This document shows, in pieces, positions 12,541-22,667 of a DNA stretch of 64,000 bases. The notes under the pieces were generated by a model. That model was not told the origin of the DNA. It made no database searches and saw nothing but the letters and a program-made list of their open reading frames with translations. The stretch spans positions 186,001 through 250,000 of the forward strand of contig QPMI01000100.1 in assembly GCA_004431415.1 (NCBI GenBank), in the 5' to 3' direction. This stretch comes from Cyanophora paradoxa CCMP329 (lineage: Eukaryota > Plantae > Glaucophyta). Numbering within the stretch: position 1 is the stretch's first letter; each line of letters begins with the position of its first letter. Made by a program: the position numbers and the translations under genes.

Positions 12541-13944
12541 AGGAACCGGCCGTCGTAGCGCAATAGGAACCGGCGTAGCGCAATAGGAACCGGCGGGCGA
12601 CGGGCGATGGCAGTGGGCGGATGATGCGATATCGATCGTAGGAGGGTTCGGATCCCCGCCCGCGCTCGACGGGGCGACAACGATCAAAGCTGAAGCGCCG
12701 TCGGCCGGGGCGGCCTGCAGCTGCTCAGACGCCATCGCCGGCGCCGCCGCAGACCTGCAGAAGCGCCGGCGTAGGTACGCGGGCGTGGGCTCGACAAGCC
12801 ACATTAAAGGAGCCGTTTCGTTTGCAGCTTCAGTTGCGGTATACCCCTCGTGCAGAGGCGTTTAAGGTGCACTTTCGGGTGTTTAAGCTAAGCTTGTCAA
12901 GGTGGCAAGGTGCTCAAGGCAAGGCGCAAGCTGCTGCCACACAAAATTTGTATGGAGCGGCATGGCCATGGTAGCCCCCCCAACAAGCAAGACGGGTACA
13001 GTACACAGTTGCTTTTGCCGGGTAGGCAGTTACACCGGCCAAAGACTGTCCGGTCCGTGCGACCAGCTTAAAAGCACAGTATGCAGGCACCTGTCCTGCA
13101 CCGAAGCGGAACCAGCACAACCAGCATCGAAGCAAGCGTGCACAAGCTGCCGTCGAAGCATAGCCTCTCCCAGGTCAACCAAAACGCGAAATCCCGTCCC
13201 TTCTGCGGTCTTACGACACAGAGTTGCAGATAAGAAACCGTTCGCAGCGGAGCAGCCGCTCGTTCACTTCCCGCAACCCAGCCGCGAGCAACCCGCGCGC
13301 TTCCACCTCTTACAGTTCCCTCGTGCACGTGGTCACTCCCGCGGTGCGTGGCCATAGCTCCCGCGGATTCCGCGGCCGTCGAGTCGGCGCGGATCGATTT
13401 CTGCAGCTGGGCTGACATCGAATTCGCATGGAAGAGCAACGGCGACAGCGCAGAGCCTTGGGCTGCTGATCCTCGAGGCGTCGGCCACCGCGGCATGTCG
13501 AAGTTGGCGAAATCAGGCAAAGAACTTGCCGGGGCTGTGCGTCACGCGGGCAACCGTATCGGCGACGGGCTCAACCGTATCGGCGACGGAGTCGGCGGTG
13601 GACTCGTGGCCATTGCTCTGGCCATCTTTTACCGGTCCCCCTAGTAAGTGCCCCGATCCGCGCCTTCTCTGGCCTGGCCGTCGCCGAATACTGTTTAGAT
13701 AGCTTCCTTGCTTGTCTGCCTTCTTTGAACCGCACCGAATTCACGAGACTTTGTGTTAAGGCGGTGCTTTCAAGCTACCGCAGGGCGGACCGAGCACGAG
13801 CACTTTAATTTGAGGAGGGAATTAAAGGGGTGTGGATCGGACAGACGGGCAGGGGTTGTGCCCGACCGTGGAGGGGATCGAGGGGCCCAGACGGGCGAGG
13901 AGGGGAGGGGAGAAGCATCCTGCATGGTGCCCCGCCGCGATATC

Positions 13945-14110
13945 CCCGCCTCCTCCTCCTCCTCCGCCCCCGCACCGCCCCCGCGCCGCCGCCTGCGGGC
14001 CTCCCGCAGCAGCGCCCGGCCCGCCCCGCCGCCCCCTCCGCGCCCTCCTCCTCCTCGCGCAGGGCGGCGGAGGCCGGCCGCTGCGACAGCTCCGCCTTGC
14101 GGGCGAGCAG

Positions 14111-14143
<33 letters not shown>

Positions 14144-15588
14144 CGCCGGCCCCCTTCAGCGCCACCTTCACCTGGGCGGACGAGACGGGTAAGCCCGTTC
14201 GGGGACTCAGATCTGAGGCGGGCGGGGGCGTGGGGCCGGGGAGGGCCTTCTGGTTGTTGTAGACGAGGGCCCAGAGGGCGCCCGCCGCGAGGGGCGCAGA
14301 GGCGCGCGCTGCCGCCCCGCACCGTCGCCAGCAGCTGCCGCAGCGCCATCTCTGAGGGGGGAACAAGAAGAAGTCAGAAGCGTTGGTGCGGGGGAGAAAA
14401 GAGGGCGGGGTACTGGCCGGGGGCGAGGATGTGGGGCTTGGCCTCCTGCAGGAAGGCAAGGTTGCGCAGCAGCAGGGCGGCCCCGGCCCGCAGCGCGAGC
14501 CGCAGCGCCGCCGGCGCCCCGCGCCGCTCCTCCAGCAGCTCCACTGCGTGCGCCACCAGCCCTGGGGGGTACGCCTTCAGCGAGGCGCGCGGTGCGAACG
14601 AAGCGGGGCGGGGGCGGAGGCGGGGCGGGGTACCCGGGGTGCGGACGATGGCGAGCTGGCCCTCATTTGTGAGAAGGCGAGGTTGCCGAGGAAGTGGAGG
14701 ACGGCCGCCTGCCGCGCGGCGGCCGCCGGCACGCCCTCCCCGCCCCCGCCGCCACCGACGAGGCCAGGAGCTCCTCCGAAGGGGCTCCGGGCCGGCGGCG
14801 GCGGCGACGCGGGGGCGCGCTCTCGGGCGACGCGGTCGAGGGCGGCGGCGCAGTCGGCGAGGAAGGCGGTGCGGGCGAGGGCGGCGCGGAACTCGGGGAC
14901 GAGGGCCATCGAGGCTAGCGCGGCAAAGGCCGCCCCGTGCGCCGCCACGCCGAGCCGCGCCCGCCCCGCGAGCTGCAGCAGCAGCGCCGAGACCGAGGGC
15001 GCCCCCGAGGTTCGCCACCAGGCCCAGCAGCTCCACCTGAGGGGGCAGGAGTCAGATCAGATCGGATCAAATCAGATCAGATCTGAGCCGACGAGAGGGG
15101 CCGACCTGGAGGGCCTCGCCCTCGCGGGCAGCGAGGGGCCAGAGCCGCTCGAGCAGCGCCGCGACGCGGAGGGCGAGGAGGGCGGCCTTGGCCTCGCCCG
15201 AGCCGGCCGCGAGGTTCTTGAGCAGGGCGAGCGAGAGCACGAGCTCCGCGCGCCGCCCCCGCCGGGGCCCAGCGACGAGGCCACTGCGTGCGCCTCCTCG
15301 GCCGCCGCGATGAGCGCGGCCGGCAGGCCCGACTCGAGCGCCGCCCGCGTGCCCGTGCGCGAGGCCGCGAGCACGTTCACCAGCGCCCCGGCGATGGCGG
15401 CGCGGGAGCGGAGCTGCCGGCGATCCGGAGCCGCCCTCTCCAGCGCGCCCCGCGACGCCCCGTAGAGCCGCACGAGCCGCCCCGAGAGCCGTGCGCCCAG
15501 CTCCCCGCCCCCGCCGCCGCCGCCGCCGCCGCCAGCCGCGTTCTCGGACGACGGCGGAGGCCGGGGCTGAGGCTCCGCCTCCCCCGCC
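13945..15588 (-). pseudogene. RTTN: Rotatin-like fragment (copy 4), cut by the PLV A insertion
   Basis: Matches ~170-1880 and ends abruptly at ...CCCCCGCC, where copy 2 continues TCCCTTCCGTC. Confidence 0.7.
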
Positions 15589-15660
15589 ACACATAAAGAT
15601 AAACGTATTTTTAACCCTCGCGTTCCGCTCAGGTTAAAAATACGTTTATCTTTATGTGTG
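15588..15660. repeat. Terminal hairpin of element A: perfect 29-bp inverted repeat with a 15-nt loop
   Basis: CACACATAAAGATAAACGTATTTTTAACC (15588-15616) and its reverse complement (15632-15660). Loop CTCGCGTTCCGCTCA. Confidence 0.95.
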
Positions 15661-15731
15661 TTAATACATATTTTATATAAATTTAACATGATATTATACA
15701 TATTTATATGTAATTATCGATGTGAAAATGA

Positions 15732-15830
15732 TAAATTCGATATAACCACGATTAAGTTTTATGCAAATTCGATATAATCGCGATATATTTAATGTAAATC
15801 CGATATAATCCCGATTGCGTTTATCGTAAA
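15732..15830 (+). repeat. Subterminal repeats AAAT(T/C)CGATATAAnnnCGAT, 3 copies with ~31-32 bp period
   Basis: Directly visible. Confidence 0.8.
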
Positions 15831-15866
15831 CAACTACAATTTACTGCGTGATTCATTTAATGATAA

Positions 15867-16500
15867 GGTGGGGCGGTGGGGTCTGGTTGGGTCTGTTTTT
15901 CGAATTGCTATTATTTTCTTGGCGTTCTAAATTTTTCTGAAAAGTGACCCCACCACACCCCACCTCCCCACCCTATCGATTAATTTATACTTCCATACTT
16001 AATTATATGGTAATTTCAATCTAATATATATCAATTTGAATAGTGGAATTCTTATGTGTTATGGTAATGGTTGGGTGTAAGGTGGGGTGTAATCTCTTAC
16101 ATAATTCAGTGTGGGAATCTCTACGATATAGAAGCGGAAATTAACATGTAAATACCGTTAGATCTGTACAGGTTGGGTGTAAATACCGTTAGATCTGTAC
16201 AGGTTGGGTGTAATCTCTCTGGTATTAGAGTGTTAATACTAACATATCATATATTTATCGATACGGTGGGGCGGTGGGGTCTGGTGGGGCATGTTTTGAA
16301 GATTCATTATATTTTGGGATCCGCTCAAAATTTTCTGGAAATTTGACCCCACCACACCCCACCCTCCCACCCTGTCGATTAATTCATACATCCCCCACTT
16401 AATTATATGGTAATTTCAATCTAATATATAGCAATTTGAAAAGTGGGAATGCTATAATTTATGGTAACGGTGGGGTGTAGGGTGGGGTGTCATTCCTTAC
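15867..16500. promoter_or_regulatory. Putative replication origin: two ~235-bp direct repeats, each with inverted GGTGGGG/CCCCACC arrays around AT-rich spacers
   Basis: Repeats at 15867-16100 and 16265-16500, with a short tandem duplication at ~16147-16213 between them. The origin function is inferred. Confidence 0.5.
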
Positions 16501-16514
16501 TGATTCACGTAAGA

Positions 16515-16913
16515 TTAACATGGAAATCGCGCTACTATATGCTTCTCCGCTTTCTCCAACCCGCTAAACATACACGTTATCCTCTCATCTATCATTTGCG
16601 TTATTACTGATGTCTTATGCTCCGCTTCTGTACCACAAGTGAATATATCGATTGCTAACATTCCCTGATCTGAGTAACAATGAGCGGTTAAATGACTCTC
16701 ATCAAGGAGAAGAACCATAGCAAAACCCGGAGGTGAAAGACCACCATCGAAAATCTCGCAGTGCTTGTGTACTACTCTGATACCTTGTTCTTGAATAATA
16801 GATTGAAAAAATTGCATTAACCACTTCGTTGTGGTCTCTAAGTTGTCCAATCCTATCATTAATGGATGGTTGAACTTGTAATCTAACATTACATGGAAAC
16901 CGCGATGATTCAT
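16515..16913 (-). CDS. speD: S-adenosylmethionine decarboxylase proenzyme (short prokaryotic type)
   Basis: GxH near the N-terminus, LLDESHLTAHCY autocleavage motif, AIDIFTCG motif; 132 aa. Confidence 0.85.
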   Translation of the reverse strand: MNHRGFHVMLDYKFNHPLMIGLDNLETTTKWLMQFFQSIIQEQGIRVVHKHCEIFDGGLSPPGFAMVLLLDESHLTAHCYSDQGMLAIDIFTCGTEAEHKTSVITQMIDERITCMFSGLEKAEKHIVARFPC

Positions 16914-16953
16914 TTATGAATAATACAGAAAAATTAAAAACGGAATTAGTAGG

Positions 16954-17109
16954 ATGCGAACCATCTTAGCGAAAGTCTTTCCTTATGAGTTGGTCGACAT
17001 AATAATGGTATACTATCATAAGACATGTCCGAATTGCTTTGATACTTGCATTATTACAAGAAACAAGACTGGTAAAGTCTTAATTTCTTTATCCCGTCTC
17101 CATATGTAA
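16954..17109 (+). CDS. 51-aa hypothetical protein (F-box-like FPYELVDIIMVY, CPNC)
   Basis: ATG to TAA ORF translated by hand; it is below the ORF track cutoff. Confidence 0.25.
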   Translation: MRTILAKVFPYELVDIIMVYYHKTCPNCFDTCIITRNKTGKVLISLSRLHM

Positions 17110-17133
17110 TTTGTTTTTCTCTATCTATGGTAA

Positions 17134-17948
17134 ATGAAGACTCACTTTTACCATAAATATACCGGCAACAAGTATAATGAAATGGATACGATCTATCCAT
17201 ATATCGATTTAGAAGCAATTAATAAAGTTATAGAACCGTTTTGTGGTTCAGGTGCTTGTAGTTTCTATCTTTGGGAAAAGCATAAAGACCGGTTTGACTA
17301 TTACATGAATGATAACGATGAAACACATATACTTTTTTTGAATACAATGAAAGATCCAAACAATAAAGTTAAACTCTTGGATAGTCTTGAACAGTTCGAA
17401 GCAGTAAGCAATATAGAAGAGCATAAAGAAGTTTATAAGAAGTTTCTACAACATGATCGTAAAGATGCAATAGATTACTTAGCGCATAATTTCTATCTTC
17501 TTAAAAACAGCGTTATAAATGTTAAAACCCTCCGTGATTTCAAAAAACGAAACGTTAAGGTGAGTTCATATACAACTCTTAAAAAGAAGATACCATACGA
17601 TGATTTCCTACGAGATGTGAACTTATCTCTTGGGGATTATCGGGATATTGTGTTGAAATACAAAGATGATGAGGATGCATTCATATTTCTTGATCCTCCA
17701 TACGTTAATAGCAATAATGACTTTTACGAAAATGTAGAATTCGATTTGGAAAATTCTTTTTGGATTTAGAAGATCTATTTAAGACCGCGAAATGCAAAGT
17801 TATGATGGTTGTTAATGATGCTTTATTAATGAAATTGCTATTTAAACCCTTTATTCGACATACATATGGTAAAGTGTATGGTATATCAAAAAAGAAAAGG
17901 AACCATCTCATAATGACTAACTACGAAATCAATCAAAGTACAACATAA
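17134..17948 (+). CDS. Dam/D12-class N6-adenine DNA methyltransferase, with a 1-nt frameshift near 17760
   Basis: YTGNK, IEPFCGSG, YMND and FLDPPY motifs. The C-terminus continues in ORF 17760..17948. The break is in a T5 run where T6 restores the frame. Confidence 0.85.
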
Positions 17949-18201
17949 TTGGCTTCTCTTCTATTACTATTCCCCATGTAGTTTTTTTTCTGTATGCATG
18001 TGAGTGTTTCTTAGAACACTGTCGGCAACCTGACCCCTTAATGTGATTAAATCCGTAGGTTTGGAACGTTTTATTACATTGTAGGCATCTAACAGATACC
18101 TTTTCTTGCGCTTTCTTATAAACAGTGTCGCTATAATCAAATTTATCCTTACCATGGACTGACATAGCGGTATCTATAAACTTTCTTGTTTTTTCATCCA
18201 T
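17929..18201 (-). CDS. Stand-alone zinc-ribbon DNA-binding module (HG.KFDYS...CxxC...HxxGxGCxxC)
   Basis: Same module as the three repeats in nuclease 60256..61197; orthologue at 47308..47580. Confidence 0.7.
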   Translation of the reverse strand: MDEKTRKFIDTAMSVHGKDKFDYSDTVYKKAQEKVSVRCLQCNKTFQTYGFNHIKGSGCRQCSKKHSHAYRKKTTWGIVIEEKPIMLYFD

Positions 18202-18222
18202 TCCTCTATATATACCGTAGAT

Positions 18223-19068
18223 TTATGGTTGTTGATCGCTACCGCCGACGGGATTGTATAGATTAGTATTTAGATATTGACCAAATCGGTTAGCTGTTGC
18301 GATTGCGTCGTTTCTTTCAGCATACATAATGACTCGATAATTTCCAAGTTGTGTAGCTCTTATTATAAATTGGTTATCTTGTGTATCTAAAAGAGGTATT
18401 GAGTGGAACGCTTGACCGAAATTATCTATGGGAATAATATGTATCGTAAGACGTGGTCTTGCTCCATCGTTTCTTCTACATAATGCGTAAATGTCCTCTG
18501 GAATCGTGTCTCTATATCTATAATGATTTCCTAACGGTTCTAAAACATCGGCAACCGCTGTTTGTAAACTAATAACGATTGTATAAATCTTAATAATATA
18601 CGGCTCATTCATACCTGGGCAATATGTCCTAATACGTGTGTTCTCATCATCGGGATTTGGTTGATCATTCACCAATAGAGGCGCTCCAATGATACCACCG
18701 ACTCGGAGACCATCACCAATGTAAGCGCCTCCCGATCTACATTTAATTGCTCCGTTTCTCGATTCATAAGCAAAGTTTGTAACCTTGTTATCATCGTTAT
18801 AACTGTCGGGATCTCCATAAAAAGCGTTAAAGTTTGCATTTGTAACAAGAAGTTTCGTAGTTTTCACGATTCCGTTATTTTTGTCACATCTTAACTCTTT
18901 GAGTCGCAATTTATGCGTATCACCAAAAGTATTAAGAGTAGGTGCAAGTTCGGTAGATTCGAGACCATCTACATTATCGATAACAGCATGTTGTAATACG
19001 TGATTAGCTGGCGCAGCTAATGAAAGTTGCGCTGTTAAGATACGCTCAGGTGGAGCAGGTGCCGCCAT
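18223..19068 (-). CDS. Putative virion/fibre-associated protein (conserved LRLKELRCDK N-terminal domain)
   Basis: Orthologue 47603..48436; paralogue of 19088..19930. Confidence 0.6.
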   Translation of the reverse strand: MAAPAPPERILTAQLSLAAPANHVLQHAVIDNVDGLESTELAPTLNTFGDTHKLRLKELRCDKNNGIVKTTKLLVTNANFNAFYGDPDSYNDDNKVTNFAYESRNGAIKCRSGGAYIGDGLRVGGIIGAPLLVNDQPNPDDENTRIRTYCPGMNEPYIIKIYTIVISLQTAVADVLEPLGNHYRYRDTIPEDIYALCRRNDGARPRLTIHIIPIDNFGQAFHSIPLLDTQDNQFIIRATQLGNYRVIMYAERNDAIATANRFGQYLNTNLYNPVGGSDQQP

Positions 19069-19087
19069 TTAATATATTAAAACATAA

Positions 19088-19930
19088 TTATGGTGTGGGA
19101 TCACCTGGGAACGGATCATGGTAAAAGTTATTTAGGTTGTTATCGGGATTGAGACCACGTGTAGCCGCCACAGCGGCTGGATCTGTTCGCATTCCGAAAA
19201 TGAGAATATCATAACCTCGTACTTCTGTCGTCCAAACATTAAACGTAGCGGGGTTCTGGTTGTCGAATTCCACCCAACCTCTACCGCGTCCGATTCCCTG
19301 AACAAAGAAAGTATAAGCAGGACCAATAATACCATTTTGTGAACGACATATAGACTCAATAGATTTAGGAATAGCAATATTTGGTAGTAACCAATTTCCC
19401 ATAATTCCATCGGGTTGTGTTGCATTTACGTTATCTACCCCAACTCTGACCATTCCAAACACATACGGATAGTCGCCACATGGAGTGTACATACGGATAC
19501 GTTGCGGATTGTCCGCATGCTCAGGTAGAGTATCGGGAATATCGGTAACAGCAACGGAGGATGCAAGCATACCCGACACACGACAACCGCCACCAATAAC
19601 AGCGCCTCCTGATCTGACAACAGCGGCGGCGCGTTCTCCGTCAAAATCTAATGTTCTAATATCCACTCCCCATGCATCAGGTTGCCCAATACCCGCGTTA
19701 AAATTCGCATTTGTTACAAGAAGCTGAGTAGTTTTAACCACTCCCGAATTCTTATCGGCGCGTAGTTCTTTAACACGTATCATACTGTTTTTATCAAATG
19801 CATTCGCGGAATTAGCGCGCTCCGTAGATTCCACACCGCGAATTTCGTCGGCTACCTCGTGTTGTCGAAAATGAACCGCGGGCGCACCCAATGCATAAAC
19901 GGGTAATTGCACACGATTGTATTCACCCAT
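19088..19930 (-). CDS. Putative virion/fibre-associated protein (IRVKELRADK N-terminal domain)
   Basis: Orthologue 48460..49305; N-terminal domain shared with 34139..35140. Confidence 0.6.
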   Translation of the reverse strand: MGEYNRVQLPVYALGAPAVHFRQHEVADEIRGVESTERANSANAFDKNSMIRVKELRADKNSGVVKTTQLLVTNANFNAGIGQPDAWGVDIRTLDFDGERAAAVVRSGGAVIGGGCRVSGMLASSVAVTDIPDTLPEHADNPQRIRMYTPCGDYPYVFGMVRVGVDNVNATQPDGIMGNWLLPNIAIPKSIESICRSQNGIIGPAYTFFVQGIGRGRGWVEFDNQNPATFNVWTTEVRGYDILIFGMRTDPAAVAATRGLNPDNNLNNFYHDPFPGDPTP

Positions 19931-19966
19931 TGCTTCTTTTACTAAGAAGGAAAGAAAAATAAACCA

Positions 19967-20275
19967 TTAAGCCAATGTGATAAGATTCGATCCAAGAGAT
20001 TGGTAAGCGGTTGTTAGACATTGGAGGTTTGATGTCATCGCTTTAAGATTAGAATCACATTCGGTATAACGTGCAATGGGATCACCATAAGCCGATTGCG
20101 CAAGGACATTAACCAAGAGGTTTTTATATTCATGAACAACCGGTGACAGTTTGTTGGTTTGCTGTATCGTTTTTTCGATAGTTTGTAGTGCGGCTACAAG
20201 TTTGATAGTATCAAAAGCGAGAGCGACAGGCTCAGAAGTAGTGGAAGAAGATCCACCGAGTGGATACGTCGCCAT
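19967..20275 (-). CDS. Conserved 102-aa hypothetical protein
   Basis: Highly similar to 49345..49650. Confidence 0.75.
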   Translation of the reverse strand: MATYPLGGSSSTTSEPVALAFDTIKLVAALQTIEKTIQQTNKLSPVVHEYKNLLVNVLAQSAYGDPIARYTECDSNLKAMTSNLQCLTTAYQSLGSNLITLA

Positions 20276-20714
20276 TTATTATACTGTGACATTTTTAATT
20301 TGGTCTATTTGACTTTGGAGATTTTCACATGTTTGTGTTAAATCTTTGCATTTCTGGGATAATTCTTTAACGGCTTCTATGAGAACTGGAACCAAACCCG
20401 TGTATGCAAGGGTTAAATAATTTTCGTGATTCTTACCTACTACTTCTGGTATGACTTTTTGGACATCTTGCGCAATCAAACCTAAGTTAACTTTCTGTTT
20501 TTCATCACCAATCTTTTTATAACTCACACCCTGTAATTGTTCGATTGCTGAAAGGGCGCCGGTTATATTTTTAATGTCGGTTTTGTATCTTCTATCACTT
20601 CCTTGTGTAAGCCATCCCCAAAAGTAAACGTCACCATCATTATAAAAAGCTTGCATTGTTATATCACTTTCATTTCTAAAATGGATCATTTCGTAACCAT
20701 AACCTTTAATGTAT

Positions 20715-22667
20715 TGCAAGGGGGGGTGAGTTGGTGCGGCGTACTTTCTGTGTTAGCAATTTTTGTAAGATGCGATTCTTTGCATGCGCTCTCGTATAGG
20801 TGTGATCGCACCGTAGCCGCTGCGAGCGGCGGAAAAAAATGCAGGGGCGGGGCTGCGCAAACATGGCAAGGTTGCGCCTCACCTGCTATTGCTATATGCG
20901 CCGAACCACGTGCTCCTGAATTCTCTCACTGCGCTCTACAAAGTCTGTCATACATGTTGGGGCTCGAGAAGCGGTGCGCGGCGCGCTAGGCCGCCTCAAG
21001 TACCTGTTGTACCGGGCGCCGGAAAAACACGCTCCTGCGAGTTTCAGTTTATCGAGTCTCGAGCATTTTGGGGTACGGGCTACAGCCAGGACACCCACAA
21101 TCCGGCTGATAACGATGGCGCCGCCTTCCGGCTCAGCCAACATAGATGCAGAAGAGGTCGAGCTATGCTCAGAGCCCTGCAGCGACATCCGTGGCTGCGA
21201 TCCTGGCGGTCGCTGCATCTCATGCGGGAAGCACTTCGCTCGGCCGGGCAACCTGTACCAGCATGTTCGTCAGTGCAGAAAGAAAGCGCCCGCAACGCCG
21301 CGTTCCGGTGCGCGCCGCTTGGAGGAGTGCGCGCCGATGGTTCTGACTGCCCCGCGCCTGCCGCCCGCAGATCCAAGCTCGGCGATTGCGATCGTTTAGA
21401 CTTTCCACGCTCTTGTCAGACGAAAGGTGATCATGAGCTCGCGCGCCGCCCGGCAATCGCGAGCTGGGCCTGCAGCCAAGCCGACGGCTCTGACATGGCT
21501 GCTCGGGCGCAGATCTCGCCATGTCGTCGAATCGCTCCTCTTGTGCATCTTCCTCTCCTCTGCCAGAAGGTGAGCTCGGATGCCGGCGGCCGCAGAGCTC
21601 GCGAGGCGGCGAACCATTAGCTAGGCTTGCGCCGCGCACCACCGCCAACGGTTCTGACTGAGCCGCCGGGTTGCAGATCGCGGCCTTTCGTCTGCGGAAG
21701 TTCCTAGCGACTCTTTTTCTTCGCAACAGGATGGTGAGCTGGCGCTCCAGCGGTCGCCGGGTCGGACGCGGGCGCCGCGCAGCCACCTCTCTGACTGGGC
21801 GCCCGGTTGCAGAGTGCGACCTGTCGTCTGCTGTCGCTTCCAGCACTGCTTCTCCTTCTCAGCCAGAAGGCGAGCTCGCGCGCCGGCCGCACAACTAAGG
21901 CCAAAAGCTCGTCCGCCGCGCGCGGCCCCCTCACTGACTGCAGCTGGGCGCCCGGTTGCAGATCGCGACATGTCGTCGGACAGCTCCTCACGCGCATCTT
22001 CTTCTCAGTCTCCTTCTCAACCAGAAGGCGAGCTCGCGCGTCGGCCGCACACTCAAGCTCGCCGACGGCTCTGACAAGCCTTGAAGGCCGCTCGGGTGCA
22101 GATCTTGCCATGTCGTTGAGCAACTCGTATTGCGCATCTTCTAGATCCCATCCGGAAGGCGAGCTCGTGCGCTATAGGGCGTGCGCCGTCGTCGACTCCA
22201 GGTTCGCCCCGCCGCTGCTGCTGCGCACCTGACCCGCCCCCGCTGGGCCCGGCGGCCCGGCCCCGCCCCCGCACGGCCGCTGTCCGGGGCGAGCTGACGC
22301 CTCGGTTCTGCGCATGTGCAGACTATGCGCGGAACCCGGCGCCACCTGCCGCTCCGCCCGCTTTCCCGCCCGCCGCCGCCCTCGCCTGCCCGCCCGCCTG
22401 GTGCCTTCGCCCGCGTCGCCACCCCACCAGTCCGCCTCGCCACCCCACCCGCCCGCTTCGCCAGAACGCCCGCCTCGCCCGGCCCGGCCGCCAGCCTTGC
22501 CTCTCTGCCCCTCACTCGCCCGCCCGCGCCTCCCCCGCCCCCCCCCCCCCCCCTCCCCCCCCGCCCCCTCCCCAAGCACCCTGCAGTGTGTACAAGTACC
22601 CCCCCTTGCACCTCCGCGCGCGGCCCGCACTTGCTGCACTTGCACAGGGCCGGGCGCTGTCTGCTAG
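20715..22667 (+). mobile_element. GC-rich non-autonomous mobile element with asymmetric 13-bp inverted repeats, 3' hairpin, CTAG end and TGTAT duplication
   Basis: Empty site seen in element C (TTAATGTATGTAG, 50081-50093). TGTAT occurs at 20710-20714 and 22668-22672. TGCAAGGGGGGGT at 20715-20727 pairs with 22598-22610. Confidence 0.85.

Noticed and set aside
1-15588. Many long overlapping Arg/Pro/Ala/Gly-rich ORFs on both strands
   Set aside because: Expected from the scarcity of stop codons at very high GC; only the rotatin-like minus-strand segments look like real protein.
15732-15830. Repeat-spacer pattern resembling a mini-CRISPR (also 45878-46105)
   Set aside because: Repeats are degenerate and spacers short and AT-rich; better explained as subterminal binding sites.
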